Shown: in pieces, positions 36,622 through 50,604 of the stretch | Layout: each line of letters begins with the position of its first letter | Position numbering within the stretch: the first letter of the stretch is position 1 | From: Lophium mytilinum | Taxonomy: Eukaryota | Assembly (NCBI GenBank): GCA_010093605.1 | Contig: MU004202.1 | Location: 73,560-137,559, forward strand | Direction of reading: 5' to 3' | DNA length: 64,000 nucleotides | Made by a program: the position numbers and the translations under genes | The notes under the pieces: model-generated | Told to the model about the DNA's origin: nothing | The model's database searches: none | The model's input: the letters and a program-made list of their open reading frames with translations, nothing else

Positions 36622-36868
36622 GGGATGATGGGATGGGTGGGTTTGATGGGATGGAGCTTGATGTGGAAGGATAGGTTGTGGGTTCTGGGAGAGCGATTTG
36701 ATACCCATGCTGAGATAGGGATGTAAAACTGTTTATGCTCGATTGTGATGAGCCCGATTGATATGGCACGCCATGTTTGCTTGCTATAAAAAGCTAAACT
36801 CTCCCCATCACTAACGCCATCGCTAACCCAAACACTTCCAAAAACGCCTCAAGACGCCGCAAGTGCCT

Positions 36869-37890
36869 CTACACCTCTTCCTTCCCTCTCAAACCTCTAT
36901 CCTCACTAGAGCTCTCAGCCAACCCCCAACTCCCTCCATCCTCCTTGCTCGACACAACAGTACACTGCGCGCTACTCGCCCCAGAAGCCCTTCTCGCCCC
37001 ATCCACAACCCCCTTTCCCCTCCTCAGCCTCTCCCCGAATCTCTCTAACAACACCATCTCCTCCACATCCAGCACCAGCCAATCCGGTACCTGCATCCCG
37101 TCCCTCGTCACAGTCACCTTAGCCCCCTCCTCTTCCGCCTTTTCCACATCCCGCTCCTTCCCCTTCTCACCCCTCAAATCATCCGGCGTCCACCAATACA
37201 CCGGAAAGCGGCGCATAAGATTATTCGTAACCAAACCCACCGCCAGCATAACCGCGCTGCCCAACGTAACAAGGCCAACAAAAGCCCAGCCCATGTCCAC
37301 AATCTCCGGCAGCGTAGCAGCCAAAACAGCGCTCGCGCCCCCCGGCGGATGCACCGTGTTAGTCAACAGCATCGCAGCTGACGAGAGGGCGCAAGCGAGC
37401 GCTGCGGGGACGAAGGCGAGGCTGTTGGAGAAGGAGTGGGAGAGCGAGGAGAGGGCGAAGAGTTTCGTAATGCCCACCCCGATAGTCGCGGAGAGGGCGT
37501 GGCCGAGGAGGGTGTTGCGGGGTTGGGCGAGAGGGGAGGCGAGGGTGTTGTATTCTAGGATTGCGGAGGCGCCCTGGGGCATGTTAGACTGCTGATAGTG
37601 GGGTGTTGGAGTGGAGTAGGCATTCTTACGAAGGAGGCGATTAGGACGGGTCCGTTTAGGTTGTTGATGGAGGTGTAGTTGAAGAGCCCGGCGATGGCGA
37701 GGAGGCCTACGAATGCGCCGATGAAGGCGAAGATGGCGCCGAGGATGTTCCCGACGTCTTTTGGGGGTGTTTTGCGGTAGCCGAGGAAGTGTGCTATTGG
37801 ATATGGCATGTTGTGAAGGGGTGAGGGGGGCACGAGGCGGTTGAGGTAGCGGTCGATGTTGAAATTCCTGGTGCGTAGTGAGGAGGGCAT
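36869..37890 (-). CDS. HPP-family membrane protein (intron 37629-37574)
   Basis: LIASF/GASAILEY, SPLAQPRN and VHPPGGASAV motifs; several hydrophobic helices. Confidence 0.9.
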
Positions 37891-39374
37891 GTTGACAGTG
37901 CGACTGACTAGAGCCAGATGAAAGATGAAAGAAAGGCTCGAGCCTTGTTCAGAAAGTTATAGCCTGAAGATTTTCAGACCATGAGGGGAGTGTCTGGTGC
38001 AAGGAGAGAGAGATAGCAGCGTCTTCCGGTATCCCACGTCCCCCCTCTTTGCACATACGGCACAGACAGTTCGTTCTCGTGCTACCTTCAATGTATCCAC
38101 GCAAATTCAGTATGACATTGTGTGTAGATACATAGGAGTATCGCGAGTCAACAAACTCCGGCACGCGAGGATGTCTCTAGTAAAGCGAAGGTAGAGTGAC
38201 GATATGGAACTCGACTTCAGCCAGTCTTTAAAGCAATAAGATTGCACCCGCGCGCGATTCTCTGTTACGAGTGCCATGGTGCTGAAGCATCTGGTGCCAG
38301 AGCACGTCTTGCGGTATGACGATGATCATTGAGGGGGCCTGGTTCGCTATAACGTAACGATTAGGTACAACGCGCCATCGTGGTGAAGCATCTCCTCGGG
38401 ACGCCATGATTTATATACTTTGTAGCACGGCATGTAGATGGAAGTTTCGACAATGAAAGAGATGATATTGCAAGGAAATGTATGTTTTGGCAGAACAGAA
38501 ATAAAGTGATGGATGCGAGCAGTCAGATGGCTCCGACTGTAGTAGAAGAAGCTGCGGAGATAAATGGAATCGGTCTTCAAAGAAAGCAATACTCAAGCAG
38601 CACCAGCTGTCCTAGTTGGGGACTGTCAGGGTCTTAGTAATCGTGATGGCTGCCCGTGATGGAAGGACGAGGAATGCGGAGAGGAGTCGCCTCAGCCCTA
38701 TAAGTTCACTAGCGCCGATCTTGTCTGCTTACGGTCCGGTTGAGAAAATTTCAGCCCTGCATCTCGAGGTTGTAGACTTTACCCCTAAACCCATGGCAAC
38801 TATTTCTGCCGTCTTTGGCCTATTCGTAAAGTGCAGTCTTTGGATGCAGTATAGTATTGCATACGCCAGTGCCTCATTACAGACTTCCATACACACTTCT
38901 ACCGCTACTTTTGCTATACCTTCCTCGAAGGATCCAACCAGAATCGAAGTTTCTTAGTTGTTCAGTCTGCCAGCTCGCGAAGCCAACGCATTAGTATGCT
39001 GCGTCATTTGCATACCACTTACAGAAGTACAGAAACTGGTGAATGACTGTAAGATGGCGAAAATGTAGCTTCTGGGGTCCTGAAAGATAGAATGAATGAT
39101 AGTATTTCAGACGGACTTGAGGTGGGTAATATACTGACCTCTCTATCTCCTCGATTCTCGCAGAGTTGGTAATATAACGAGGTAAGAAAGTGCTACAATG
39201 CCACGCCGGTGAATGTGTTTTCCGATTGCCCTGACGCCCATCTGATTGGCCGGTCGCGATAACGGCCCACATGCCCCGCCACAGCCCACCTTGAATACTC
39301 TTTTTCTTCCTCGCCTGGTCCTACAAAGCACTTCTGCTCAACGATTTTCCCTTACACCTCACCCATCATTCATC

Positions 39375-41342
39375 ATGGTCTCAGCATCGAAAGCGGCCCG
39401 CATGGCCAAAAAGGTCGCTGACGGCAAGGAACCCAAGAAAACCGCCGCCTCCAAGGTCGGCTCCCGCGCTGCCTCGAAGAACGCCTCGACTGCCTCGTCC
39501 GTCAACGGGGACGACGACGACGAGGTCGACCAGCAGAGCGAGGTCCTCTCGAAGCTAAAACTCCAAGAAGACAAAGACGGCATCTCGGACCGCGTGACCA
39601 CCGGTGTGCTTTCGTCCCTCGAGGCTTCCCGCGATGTGAAGATCACGTCGGCCTCGCTCGTGTTCCACGGCAAAGTCCTGTTCAACGACACCACTCTCGA
39701 GGTCAACTACGGCCGCCGGTACGGTCTCCTCGGTGAGAACGGATGCGGAAAGTCGACCCTCCTAAAGGCTATCGACAAGCGCGAGTACCCCTTCCCTGAG
39801 CACATCGACATCTACCTACTGAACGAGGGCGCCCCGCCCTCGGAGTTGGGTGCGCTAGAATGGGTTGTCAGGGAGGCCGAGAACGAGTTGGCGAGACTGG
39901 AGAAGCTGGCTGAGGACATCCTGGATAGGGATGGGCCTGACAGCCCGATCCTGGACGAGCTCTACGAGGTACGTCTTCTCCCACTCCAAGGACTGTATCA
40001 CAAAGCTAATGCACTTATAGCGCATGGAAGGAATGGATCCCTCGACTTTCCACACCCGCGCCTCTCTCATTCTCACCGGTCTCGGTTTCGACAAGGTCAC
40101 TATTCACAAGAAGACAAAGGACATGTCCGGTGGCTGGAGAATGAGAGTAGCACTCGGCAAGGCTCTCTTCGTCAAGCCTTCCCTCCTCCTCCTCGACGAC
40201 CCCACCGCACATTTGGATCTCGAGGCCTGCGTGTGGCTAGAAGAATACATGAAGAAGTGGGACCGTACCCTGATCTTGGTGTCGCACAGTATGGATTTCC
40301 TGAACGGCGTGTGCACAAACATGATCGATATGCGTCTGAAGCAACTTCTGTACTATGGTGGTAACTACGACTCGTACATGAAGACTAGGACTGAGCAAGA
40401 GATCAACCAAGGCAAGGCCTACGAGAAGCAGCAAGATGAGATCAAGCACATCAAGAAGTTCATCGCCTCTGCTGGTACATATGCCAACTTGGTTAGGCAA
40501 GCAAAATCGCGACAGAAGATTCTAGACAAGATGGAAGCCGACGGCTTCATCCAGCCCGTTGCTTCCGATCGTGTCTTCACCTTCCGCTTCGCCGATGTTG
40601 ACAAGCTCCCACCTCCTGTGTTGTCGCTGGACGACGTGACGTTCTCTTACTCTGGAAACAAGAAAGACAACCTCTACGAAAACCTGGACTTCGGTGTCGA
40701 CATGGACTCCCGAACAGCTCTCGTCGGACCCAATGGTGTCGGCAAATCGACACTCCTCCGTATCTTCACAGGCGCGCTTTCCCCCACCCAAGGAACCGTC
40801 TCCCGTCACACTCACTTGAAGCTCGGTGTGTACACACAGCACTCCTCCGAGTCACTCGACCTCACCAAATCTGCCCTCGACTTCGTCCGCGACAAATACG
40901 CGGACAAGAGCCAGGACTACCAGTACTGGCGCCAGCAGCTAGGCAAGTACGGCCTTAGCGGAGAGTCGCAGACTGCCAAGATGGGCACGCTTTCCGAAGG
41001 ACAGAAGAGCAGAATCGTGTTTGCGCTGTTAGCGATCGAGAGCCCTAACATGCTGTTGTTGGACGAGCCGACCAACGGTCTCGATATCCCGACGATCGAC
41101 AGTCTGGCTGATGCTATCAACGCGTTCAACGGTGGCGTTGTGGTTGTTTCTCACGACTTCAGGTAAGCTTCAGCCCCCGTTTCACGAAGAATTTTAGCTA
41201 ACATGCTTCCTACAGGTTGCTCGACAAAATTGCGAAGGATATCATGGTGTGTGAGAACAAGACTATTCGCCGCTGGGATGGCAGCATCGCCGACTACAAG
41301 AAGCATCTCCGCAACAAGATGGTCTCGACTGGTGCTGTTTAG
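39375..41342 (+). CDS. ARB1: ABC-F ATPase Arb1/ABCF2 (2 introns)
   Basis: Two NBDs with no TM segments: [51 protein letters not shown]-terminus MVSASKAAR. Confidence 0.95.
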
Positions 41343-41788
41343 CTCTGGATAGATTAGACCATTAATTTCTTTGCTTTGTTTGACTGCATTGGGCTTAGAG
41401 GCGTTCGTGTAATAGGTAAAACACAATGAATGATTCATGGCCACTTTGCTGGAGCATTGATTTAGTGAAGCTGTTGTGACTTTGACACGTGTTTGCCACT
41501 GCTTAGGGTATTTCAACTATAACTCAAACGTACGGACCGAAATTCGGTTATGAACGGCGTATGTACATTCGACTGCTTTATTAAATATCGACTTCGGCCT
41601 CTAAAGGGATCCTAAGCTGGGTAAGGTAAAACTAGTTCTACGCCACGGGCCGATCACGAGCTCTAAAACAGCCCCACCACCTCAACCTTGGAACTGTCCA
41701 ACCTCACCTCTAGTCTTCGAGCTCTACACGCCGAGGGTAGCTACAAATAGGTACTCTTTCAACTTTTTTTACTCACTCGCTCAACACC

Positions 41789-43291
41789 ATGGCCGAACTC
41801 ACAACCACAAAGCTAAATGCTGAGAGCCACCTGCTGCTCGTACGTCTCCCTCCCTTCAAAGACCTCTAGCTCCATCAAGCTTCCAGGCCAGCCATACGCT
41901 TCACAACTTCCACTTTACGTACCTCTTCATGCCACTAACCATGTCACCGAGTTCTAGGACCAGCCCCTCCTCCGCATGCCCTACGAACAATCCCGCAAAA
42001 CCTTCAACCAAGCCCGGAAATACATCCAACACGAGCAAACCTCTGTGCAGAAGACCCTCAAAGCCACCGCCTCGGCCGCCCTCAAAGCCTCCCAGAACCC
42101 TTCATCCCCTCCCCCAACAGACGTCCTGAATAACCTCGATGCTATGATAACGAAGATGCAATCCTTAAAGCGCAAGCTCGTGGATTTGAACACCGCTGAG
42201 CTCGCCACTCATGCGTCGACCCAGGCCCGGCTGGCGCATTTGCAGAGCTTGCATACGATTCCGAGCCTGGCGGATGTCAAGTATGAGGAGTGGAGTCGGG
42301 TGCGGTTGAATAGGTTGTTAGTGGATTATCTGCTGCGGAGTGGGTATGGGGAGAGCGCAGCGCAGTTGGCGCGGGAGAAGGGGATAGAGGAGTTGGTGGA
42401 TCTGGAGGCGTGGGGGCAGTGTGCGCGGATTGAGAGGAGCTTGAGGGCGGGGAGGACGCAGGAGGCGGTGGTGTGGTGTGCGGATAACCGGAAGGGGTTG
42501 GAGAAGCTTGGGGTGAGTGCTGTCAATTTTTTCCTTTCCCGTTGCGAGACGCGGTGGGGAGTTGGTCTAAGATTCTGAGAGGTTATGATGATGAGTGCTA
42601 ATATATTCTGACAGTGCAACCTCGAATTCGAACTCCGGCTACAGCAGTACATCGAAATGGTACGCAGCTGCGACACCAAGAAGCTGATCGAGGCCCGGAC
42701 ACATGCGCGGAAATATCTAGCATCGCACTCAGATACCAACTTCGCGATTCGAGCAGCTGGTCTGCTCGCGTTCCCGCCGGAGACAGAAGCAGAGCCATAT
42801 AAGGTATGTCCAACTCCTTCCGTGTCATTACTGTTTCATCGAAGCTAAGACTTATCTAGTCCCTCTACTCCCCCAACCGCTACTCCCACCTCGCCTCCCT
42901 CTTCCTAACCACCCATAACGCTCTCTACTCCCTCCCATCCCGCCCTCTCCTCCACATCGCCCTCTCCGCCGGCCTTTCCGCCCTCAAAACTCCTTCCTGC
43001 CACTCCGCCTACGCCTCATCCTCTTCAAATGCCTCTTCCTCTACGACAACCGTCTGCCCAATCTGCAGCACCGAGCTCAACGAGCTCGCGCGGAATGTGC
43101 CATACGCACACCACACGAAGAGCTACGTCGAGAACGACCCGGTAGTGTTACCGAACGGGCGGATCTACGGGCGCGAGCGATTAAAGCGCTTGAATGAGAA
43201 GCTCGGGACGGAGAGGGGGAAGGTGCGGGATCCGACGGATCTGAATGTCATATTTGAGGAGAGGGCAGTGAAGAAGGTTTTCATTTCCTAG
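41789..43291 (+). CDS. FYV10: GID/CTLH E3 ligase subunit Fyv10/Gid9 (3 introns)
   Basis: HLLL/DQPLLRMPYE, LisH WSRVRLNRLLVDYLLRSGY, LEFELRLQQYIEM, AGLSALKTPSC, CPICSTELNELARNVPYAHHTKS. Confidence 0.94.
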
Positions 43292-43564
43292 ATTGACTCG
43301 CCACGAGAGCCCGGTCCTCCTATTATAGTGATTCGTTTTAGCGTGAAGGAGTTTAGGAGTTGGGAGTTTCGTATTTCATGCGATAGGGATATGGGGTGCA
43401 CCTAGACGCCCGGGGCTTGTACGATTCATGAAGGGAGTATTGGGATAAGTGCGATATCTGCTCCTCTCGCTATGTATAAATTGGAATATATTTTCAACGC
43501 CTTTTGACACATATCCAAATTGCTTCAGCCGCTTCGATGTTATATGCGTATATCCATCCTCCTT

Positions 43565-46500
43565 TTAGTCCTCAAAAACATCCTCTCCTTCCAACCACCC
43601 CAGCGCCTCCCAGTCCTTACTCCTCTCCTCGGCACTCGCTTTGCTCTCAGCGCTCGAATCAACCCTCTTCGGGGTCTTGACGCCCTCTGCTCTTGAGTCG
43701 ATTCTGTGAGGCGTTTCTCCGCCTATGCTTCCATCGCTACTCAAATCCGTGCTTTTCTGGACCGATGTGTCATCGCCGTCCTCGCTCTCCTCAGACGCTG
43801 AGCTGTCATCTGCTAGGACCGGAACGGTGCTTGGTTCTGGCGGGTGGTAAGGCTGGTCGAAAAGGGGGATAGACTCGACGTTCCATGGCATAGGCCATTC
43901 AATGTCTTTCTCCTCTTCTTCCTCGTCATGGCTTTCCCCTTCCTCCTCTTCCTCATCTTCCTCCGCGTCGTCGTCGTCATCATCATCGTCCTCATCGTCA
44001 TCCTCCCACTCCTCATCCTCATCAATCGTATCCCGCACCTGCTCTAACAACTCATTCGCCGCCTCCGCCGAATTCCGATACGCCTTCTCCGGATCAACAA
44101 CACTCCAAACAGCACCACTCTTCAACAGCAACCTCACGACGTCCTCATCCCCCCTACTCGCCGCCGCATGCAACGCCGTCCCATACAATCCCCCCACAGC
44201 ATCAACCTCCGCACCCCTCTCCACAAGCAACCTCACCAGCTCCTTCGGACTCTCCGTCACACACGCCGCCTGCAACGCCGTCCCATACTTCCCCCCTCTC
44301 TGATTAACATCCGCGCCATACCTCAGCAGCACCAGCACCGATTTCATATCACCATACGCCGCCGCCCCCTGCAGCGGGGAGCCGTACAGCCGACCCTTCT
44401 CATTCGGATCGCCGCCGCTTTGCAGCAAATACTCGAGCATGCGCGCATCCACCCCTAACACAGCCGCGTTCAGCACACCCCCGTGCTTCCCGCCGCGCGC
44501 GTTGATATCCGCGCCGTGGTTGATTAGGTAGCGCGCGACCTCCACACGGCCGAGTAGGACAGCGCTCTGGAGCGGGCTGCCATCCTCTCCACAGTTGGAG
44601 ATATGGATAGACGCTCCGTGCCGCACGAGCGCGCGCACGAAGCTGAGGTGGCCGTGGCGGGCGGCGAGCATGAGCGGGGAACCGAATTTGTGACTCGCGA
44701 CATTAACGTCTACGAGGTTCTCCTGCAGGATACGCTCGAAGATCGCGCGCTCGTTGCCAATGATCGCGGCGTACAGCGCGTTTGGGAACCTCCCGCCGCC
44801 CAGCGTCGGATCCGCGCCGGCGGCGAGGAGCTCCGCGAAGGTGTCTACGTAGCCCATGTACGCGGCCGCGTTGAGGGCGGTACCGCAGATGCCGCCAACA
44901 GCGTTGATGTTCGCGCCACCGGCGATAATGCGGGCGATGATGTGGGGTTCGTCGCGGTCTTTCGCGATGGCGTTTTGCAGCGCGTTTGCATATTTCCCGT
45001 AGCGGAGGTTTACGTCGAAGTGGTGCTGGTTGAGGAGGCCGTTCACCACCCCGGCGCAGGCGCCCGCGAGCCCGGAGCCCATGGCGCTGCCGAATTCGCC
45101 GCCGACGAGGGAGTTCTGGGCGCCAGCGCGGTAGAGCTGGGCGATGACGACGTAGTAGCCGTTTGTGTGGGCGGCTTGGAGCGCAGTGTTGTACTGGCCG
45201 CCTTGGATGTTGGGGTCCGCGCCGTGCTGGAGGAGGGATTTGCAGATGTCGTCTTGTCCTGTGCTGGCGGCGGCTTGGAGGGCGGTCCAGTAGCGGCCGC
45301 CGGTTGCGTTGACGTTGGCTCCTAGCTCGAGCAGGAGGTTGGCGACTTCTTCGGAACCATCGCGCGCCGCTGCTTGGAGCACGAACTGGTGTTCATAGCC
45401 TTTCCCAGCGGGCTGGTTGACGTCTGCGCCGCGTCCGACGAGTACGCGGACGGCGGTGGGGAAGTTCTCCTCTACGGCGGCGAAGAGGGCGGTCGAGTGC
45501 TCTCCGACTTGTGCGTGGTGGACGTCTGCGCCGGCGTCTAGCAGAAGGGTCAGAATCTCATCGAAGCCTTGAGACGCTGCAGCTTGTAGGGCGGTGCCAT
45601 ATTCTCCTCCGACGTCGTTTGGGTCGCTCCCTAGCTCAAGAAGTGCCTTCACAACGTCAGTGTCTCCGCGGATACTCGCTACTTGAAGTGCTGATTTGAA
45701 TCTGGTGTCGTCCGCCTCGACGGAGAGGGAGGCTCCTAGGCTGACCAATTTGCGGACCGCTTGCACGTTACCGAACCATGCTGCTTCCTGGAGTGGAGTT
45801 ACCGCACCATCGCCAAACGGATCCGCGGGCTCTATGGCTAGATTCACGTCGCCGCCTCTTTCGATCAAAAGATCTAGGATCTTCATATCCTCGTGGCGGG
45901 CAGCACCCTGCATGCTTGTCGCAAAAGAGCCATGGACGAGATTGATATCGGCGCCGCGGTCAAGGAGCAGGCGGGTGATGGCCATGTTGTTCGTAGATGT
46001 GGCTGCGGCCAGCGCATATCCGTATTTCGGATCTTCAGCGTCTTCAACGGTGCCATTGATGTCGACCCCGGCCTCTAGAAGATACTTGACCATCTCCTCG
46101 GTCGGAGAGGTGGCATCGATAGCAGCTATGAGAGCCGTGCCGTAGTATCCTTCGCTAATTTGTTCCAGATCCGCTCCGAGGTCAATCAGGGTTTTGACGA
46201 CTTCTAGATGGCCGCGGGCAGCTGCAGCCTCTAGGGGGGAAGAGAGATACCGGGAGGTCATATTGCTAACAGAGCTGATGTCTGCGCCATGCTTGGCTAG
46301 GAGTCTCACGGCGCTTTCTCGCCCTTCCGTCGATGCAAGTACCAGGGCATTTGTCATTTCGGCGGTTTTTCCGTCCTCTACACCGAGTTCAAAAAGGAGT
46401 TCTAGGATGTCGTCGTGCCCATAGGTTGCTGCGCAAACCAAAGCACTGCCTTTGTCGCCGCCTTCGGCGTTTACGTCCATGCCTGCTTTCGCCAGGGCTG

Positions 46501-49500
46501 CAACTATTTCTGTATGCCCTTGTTGTGCAGCAGCCTGCATGGCGTTACCGTAATGATCGAAGACATACTCCAGATCGGCACCTGCCTCTATGAGGCGTAA
46601 GAGAATATCCAGGTGCCCTTCGTAACTAGCTGCGTTAAGAGCGCAGCGGTGCTTCCCCCCTTTTGCATTGACGTCAGCGCCATGGTCAATGAGTAAATTG
46701 ACGAGGTGTAGATGCCCCGATACAGTAGCTGCGTACAACGCGTCGGCTCCTTTGTCGTCCATGTCGTTCACTTGCGCTCCGCGGTCTATCAGCAGCTGCA
46801 CCAGTTCGGTCATTCCAAACGAAGCGGCTGCCATTAGCGGGCATCCATGCCTGCCGCCGAGGGCGTTCACGTCGGCGTCGTGGTCCAATAGAGCGTTGAT
46901 GATGTTGGTGTTCTTCCCGACGATGGCTGAAATAAGAGGGTAGGCATACCAACCTCCCTTTCCGTTGGTATTCGCCCCGTGATCTAGAAGTATTTGGACA
47001 CACTTTTGATGGCCTTTCTCGGCCGCGGCAGCAAGAGCAGTACCAAACCTCTTGAAAGGAAATTTGTGGTCAGCGCCATGATCGAGGAGGACCGATACCA
47101 CTTCAGAATGGCCCGCAAGAGCGGCGACTTGAAGCGCATTCCCATCCTTTCCGGCTCTGACGTTAATATCGACGCCATGTTTGAGTATTATCTCAACGAC
47201 TCCGACATGCCCCTTTGAAGCTGCGTTGTACAAAGCTGGGCCTAGGGGCAAGGAGCCTTTGATTTCGTCTCGGGAGAGCAATAACTGCACGACGCTGGCG
47301 TGGCCTCCAGATGCCGCAGCCTTCAAAGCGTCATCGTAAATTATATCGTCGCCATTGCCACAGCCTTGATCGAGGAAGCTTTTAACGACGTCGGGCAGTC
47401 CGAAGTCCGCCGCTGCATGCAACGGGTTGTAGCGGGTGAGATCCTGGAATCTCTTGAAACGCCTGTGGTAAAATCGACTCCAGCGTGCAAAATTCTGGCG
47501 CTCGCCGTTCCACGTATTGAAAAGCTGCCAAACGGAGTCAAGAACTCTTTTATCGGCATGATCCTCGATCAGGCTTCGATAAGCGTGAACTCCCCACCAC
47601 TGGGTTGCGTATGCTAGTAATCTGTACTGCGCACACTGCTCCTGGTATTCTTTGGTATTTGTTGAGAATGGGTCCTTGAAATCGTCGAAGCAGATATACT
47701 TCAGGCAGACAGTGGCCAATTCAGACTCGACTTCTTCGTTCCCGACCCAGAACTTTGACATCTTTTCTTTTGTACTCGTCGAGACGAGAAACTCCTTCAC
47801 CGAAAAATGTGCTAGCGCAACGTGACGATCTGCGGATACCACCACGAGGCTACCGCAAAGCTCCAGTATGTCTTCCGGGTCGGTGATGACAGCGTCAAAG
47901 TCCATTTGGGTTATTTCGTCATCGTCAGGATCTATCGAGATACACTCGGCTAACTCGTCAAGAGACATGTTCCGGCATCCACGAACAAGCCATCGGAGTA
48001 GCCTTTGTACGCTTTCAATATCTTCCTCTGTTTCTTCTTCGATGCGCTGCAGGATACGAGTGTAAGTATCGTAAAGCGTCTTCGGGAGGTCCTGCAGCGC
48101 TCCGCGAATTGCTTTGTCATTTCTGAGCTTGCAAAGATGCTCGATTTGGCATTTCACCCACTGAAACATGCCTTGTGCTCCCTTCACGAGGCTTTGGCAT
48201 ATCTCAACTTTTAGTTTGGGGTCGCGGAGTTTCAGTCGCTTCTCGGACATTTTTCTATCCAGCTCGGCGTTGATGTATGTTTCGATGTCGCCAGCTACGT
48301 CCGCTTGTGCAATCGTTGAATCCGGAAGACCTTCAAAGGTCCGAGAAATATCGACTTCGTTCCTGCTCGTTACGAGAATTTTGATTGAATTGCACCGAGC
48401 TGCCAAAGTTTTGAGAGCCCCAGCTAGACACTCACGATTCGCGCATTCGTCCAAAGCGTCGATCACGATATTGATATGTCGAAAATGATCACAAATGAAA
48501 GCGTTGAAGTTGCTTAGAAGTTCGTCAAATTCGGGGACATATGCGGGATTCTCCTTTAATTGGCGTTCAAAATATGACTGCATCTCAAGGAACACTGCCT
48601 TGTTCTGGGTGCCTAACATGGATAATAGAGTACCGAGGACTTTCGAAGGGGATTGTTTTGAAGGATCGGTGTAATCGCAATAAAAGTACGCCACTCCGGT
48701 GTCGCTACTCTGAACATTATCGCGTAGGTAATTGATAGTGCTTGATGCTAAAACAGTTTTTCCGGCGCCGGGAATGGCGTGGAGCCATAAAAAGGAGTTT
48801 GGGGTAGTGAGCCAATGTTGGAAAGGCTCTCCTTCGAGAAACCAGAGGCCTGTGCCTGCTTGACGGAGCTTAGTTGCGGCATTATGGTTTGCAGCAACAT
48901 TTGCGGGGGCCAACCAGCCATTGACCTTTGCGATGCTTTCTTTGTCGATGAAATCCGTTATAGTCCTTTGCGAGTTGTCCATTTTAGACCATCGGAACGA
49001 ATCCAGATGCCGCTCAACTTCAGCAACTTTTCGCTCCTGTCCCGCTAGCTCTTTCTCTGCAATATCGACCTCTCTCTCAATAGCATCCATACAGCTCTCA
49101 ATACTTTCTATGATTCCGCCAAACTGAATCTTAAAAGGCTTCCATAACAGCTTGAGGGCGGTCTGCAGTCCGACTGAACGTAGCGACAGCATCGAGTGAT
49201 TCTTTGATTTCCCCTGGTTGAAGACATCCTTTGCTTTGCAACAAAACTTGAAGATAGCCTGGTATATCGCCACCATCTGGTCTTGGAGTATCTTGTTGTT
49301 CGGATAGAGGTTAGGATATCTTCTCAAAGCACTGAGATGCCGTCCGATTTGTTCGAACATCGAGGAGAGTTTGTCGAAATAGGTCCCGAACTCAGAGCCG
49401 AGCTGTAGGTAAATTAGCAAGTGGTACATAACATGAACAAGAGGTGGTGCTTGCGCTGAGAATAATCCTCACACCACCCCATATTGGACAGAGGAACTCT

Positions 49501-49820
49501 GAGCTGTTGGCGAACACATCGAGTGCTTTGCCATATATCTCAACCCCAGCCACGAATCGCTTCAAGGCGGACGCGATCTTCCTCGAGCTGGCATTGTCCT
49601 TGTGCTTCGCGTCCGCATCTGCGATGTCTGCTAGTATCTGCTCCGAGAAAGTAGTGGCCTTGAACAGGGCTTTGTCATTTGCACTTAAAGTATCGAAAAA
49701 GTCCTTGATGGTGGCATCGCGGGTAGGGTCGAGAGCGTTTTGATCTCTGAAGCGGTATTAGTATAAATCTGGAGAACTGCACGATGGACTATGAACTGAC
49801 GATGCTTTCCGACGCGACAT
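43565..49820 (-). CDS. Large fungal NLR: N-terminal helical domain, NACHT, long ankyrin array and acidic tail (~2060 aa, 2 introns)
   Basis: Exon 1 MSRRKAS, exon 2 ...LCPIWGGVRIILS, GC-AG intron 49454-49403. GTGLWFL, AIPGAGKT, IVIDALDEC, ILVTSR, GMFQWV, then about 30 GxALxAAA..G....V..LL..GADVN repeats. Confidence 0.92.
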
Positions 49821-50604
49821 ATGTATAACTTGTAGTATTCGAGCTCTTGTAAGTACAAACCGCACGAGAATCGTGTCAATACATGCAGTAGAAATGCGGG
49901 GAAGTAGTCAGCTCTACGGTTTTTCGATGGAGCGCGAATAGTCAAGGGGGAAACCACTGCGGAAAAGACAGTATTCCTGGCAATGGACTTCGATCAAAGG
50001 TCATGGCGGGTATTTGAATGGGCAATCGCCCTCCCCATGTACTGTAGTGCGCATAGCGCGCCCAGGTGCATGGTGGCTAGTCTGAGGCGAGTGGGGGCCG
50101 AAAGATGAGTCTCTGGTTGGTGGTGAACGATGACTAAATCGTGGCTGAATCCCTTATATTACTATTTTAATCGCCCCTGGAATACTATAGAAGATGCTTA
50201 CTGACAGCCTTCTGACGGATCAGTTGAATTTACGTGCACGTTGAGAGAAGCTGAAGGAGGAGAGGTGGGATCGTATTCCGGAAAAGGACCGAGATCCTGA
50301 TGAACTACAGGAGACTCTAAAGAACGGAGACGATAACGTGTAGAAGACGAGATGCATCGATGTCTTTCTGGAATATCAAACTGCGATTGTACAGGACTTA
50401 CATCGTGGGGCGGCGGTCCAGAAATCCGCCCGCATGAAGTTTCGAGGGCTTGGCGCGCTCGGGCCACCCGGGCAGCTTGGACATTTTTGAGACGCAATCA
50501 ATTTAGGCATTTGATGAAAGAGTCACAACACGTCCTGGCAAGACGCACGTATCCTCTATATATCCACTATTCCCTCCATCCGGCGCCAGGAGGACTACAC
50601 GTAC

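Noticed and set aside
38270..38395. Short imperfect direct repeat gccat.gtg.tgaagcatct
   Set aside because: About 20 bp, two copies, with no wider homology or structure.
30000..43291. N-degron/translation gene cluster (NTA1, FYV10, ARB1, RPL39, BMT5)
   Set aside because: Unrelated genes are interspersed and no shared motif is evident; consistent with ordinary housekeeping gene order.
44603..46943. Antisense ORFs over the ankyrin array (and similar shadow ORFs over CAF1, the amine oxidase, ARB1 and GCN2)
   Set aside because: Explained by codon bias of the real genes on the opposite strand; no recognisable motifs.
50520..50525. Gcn4/CpcA site (GAGTCA) upstream of GRS1, and a general-control cluster with HIS3 and GCN2
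   Set aside because: A single hexamer is expected by chance every few kb; no clear site upstream of HIS3; the genes are far apart.
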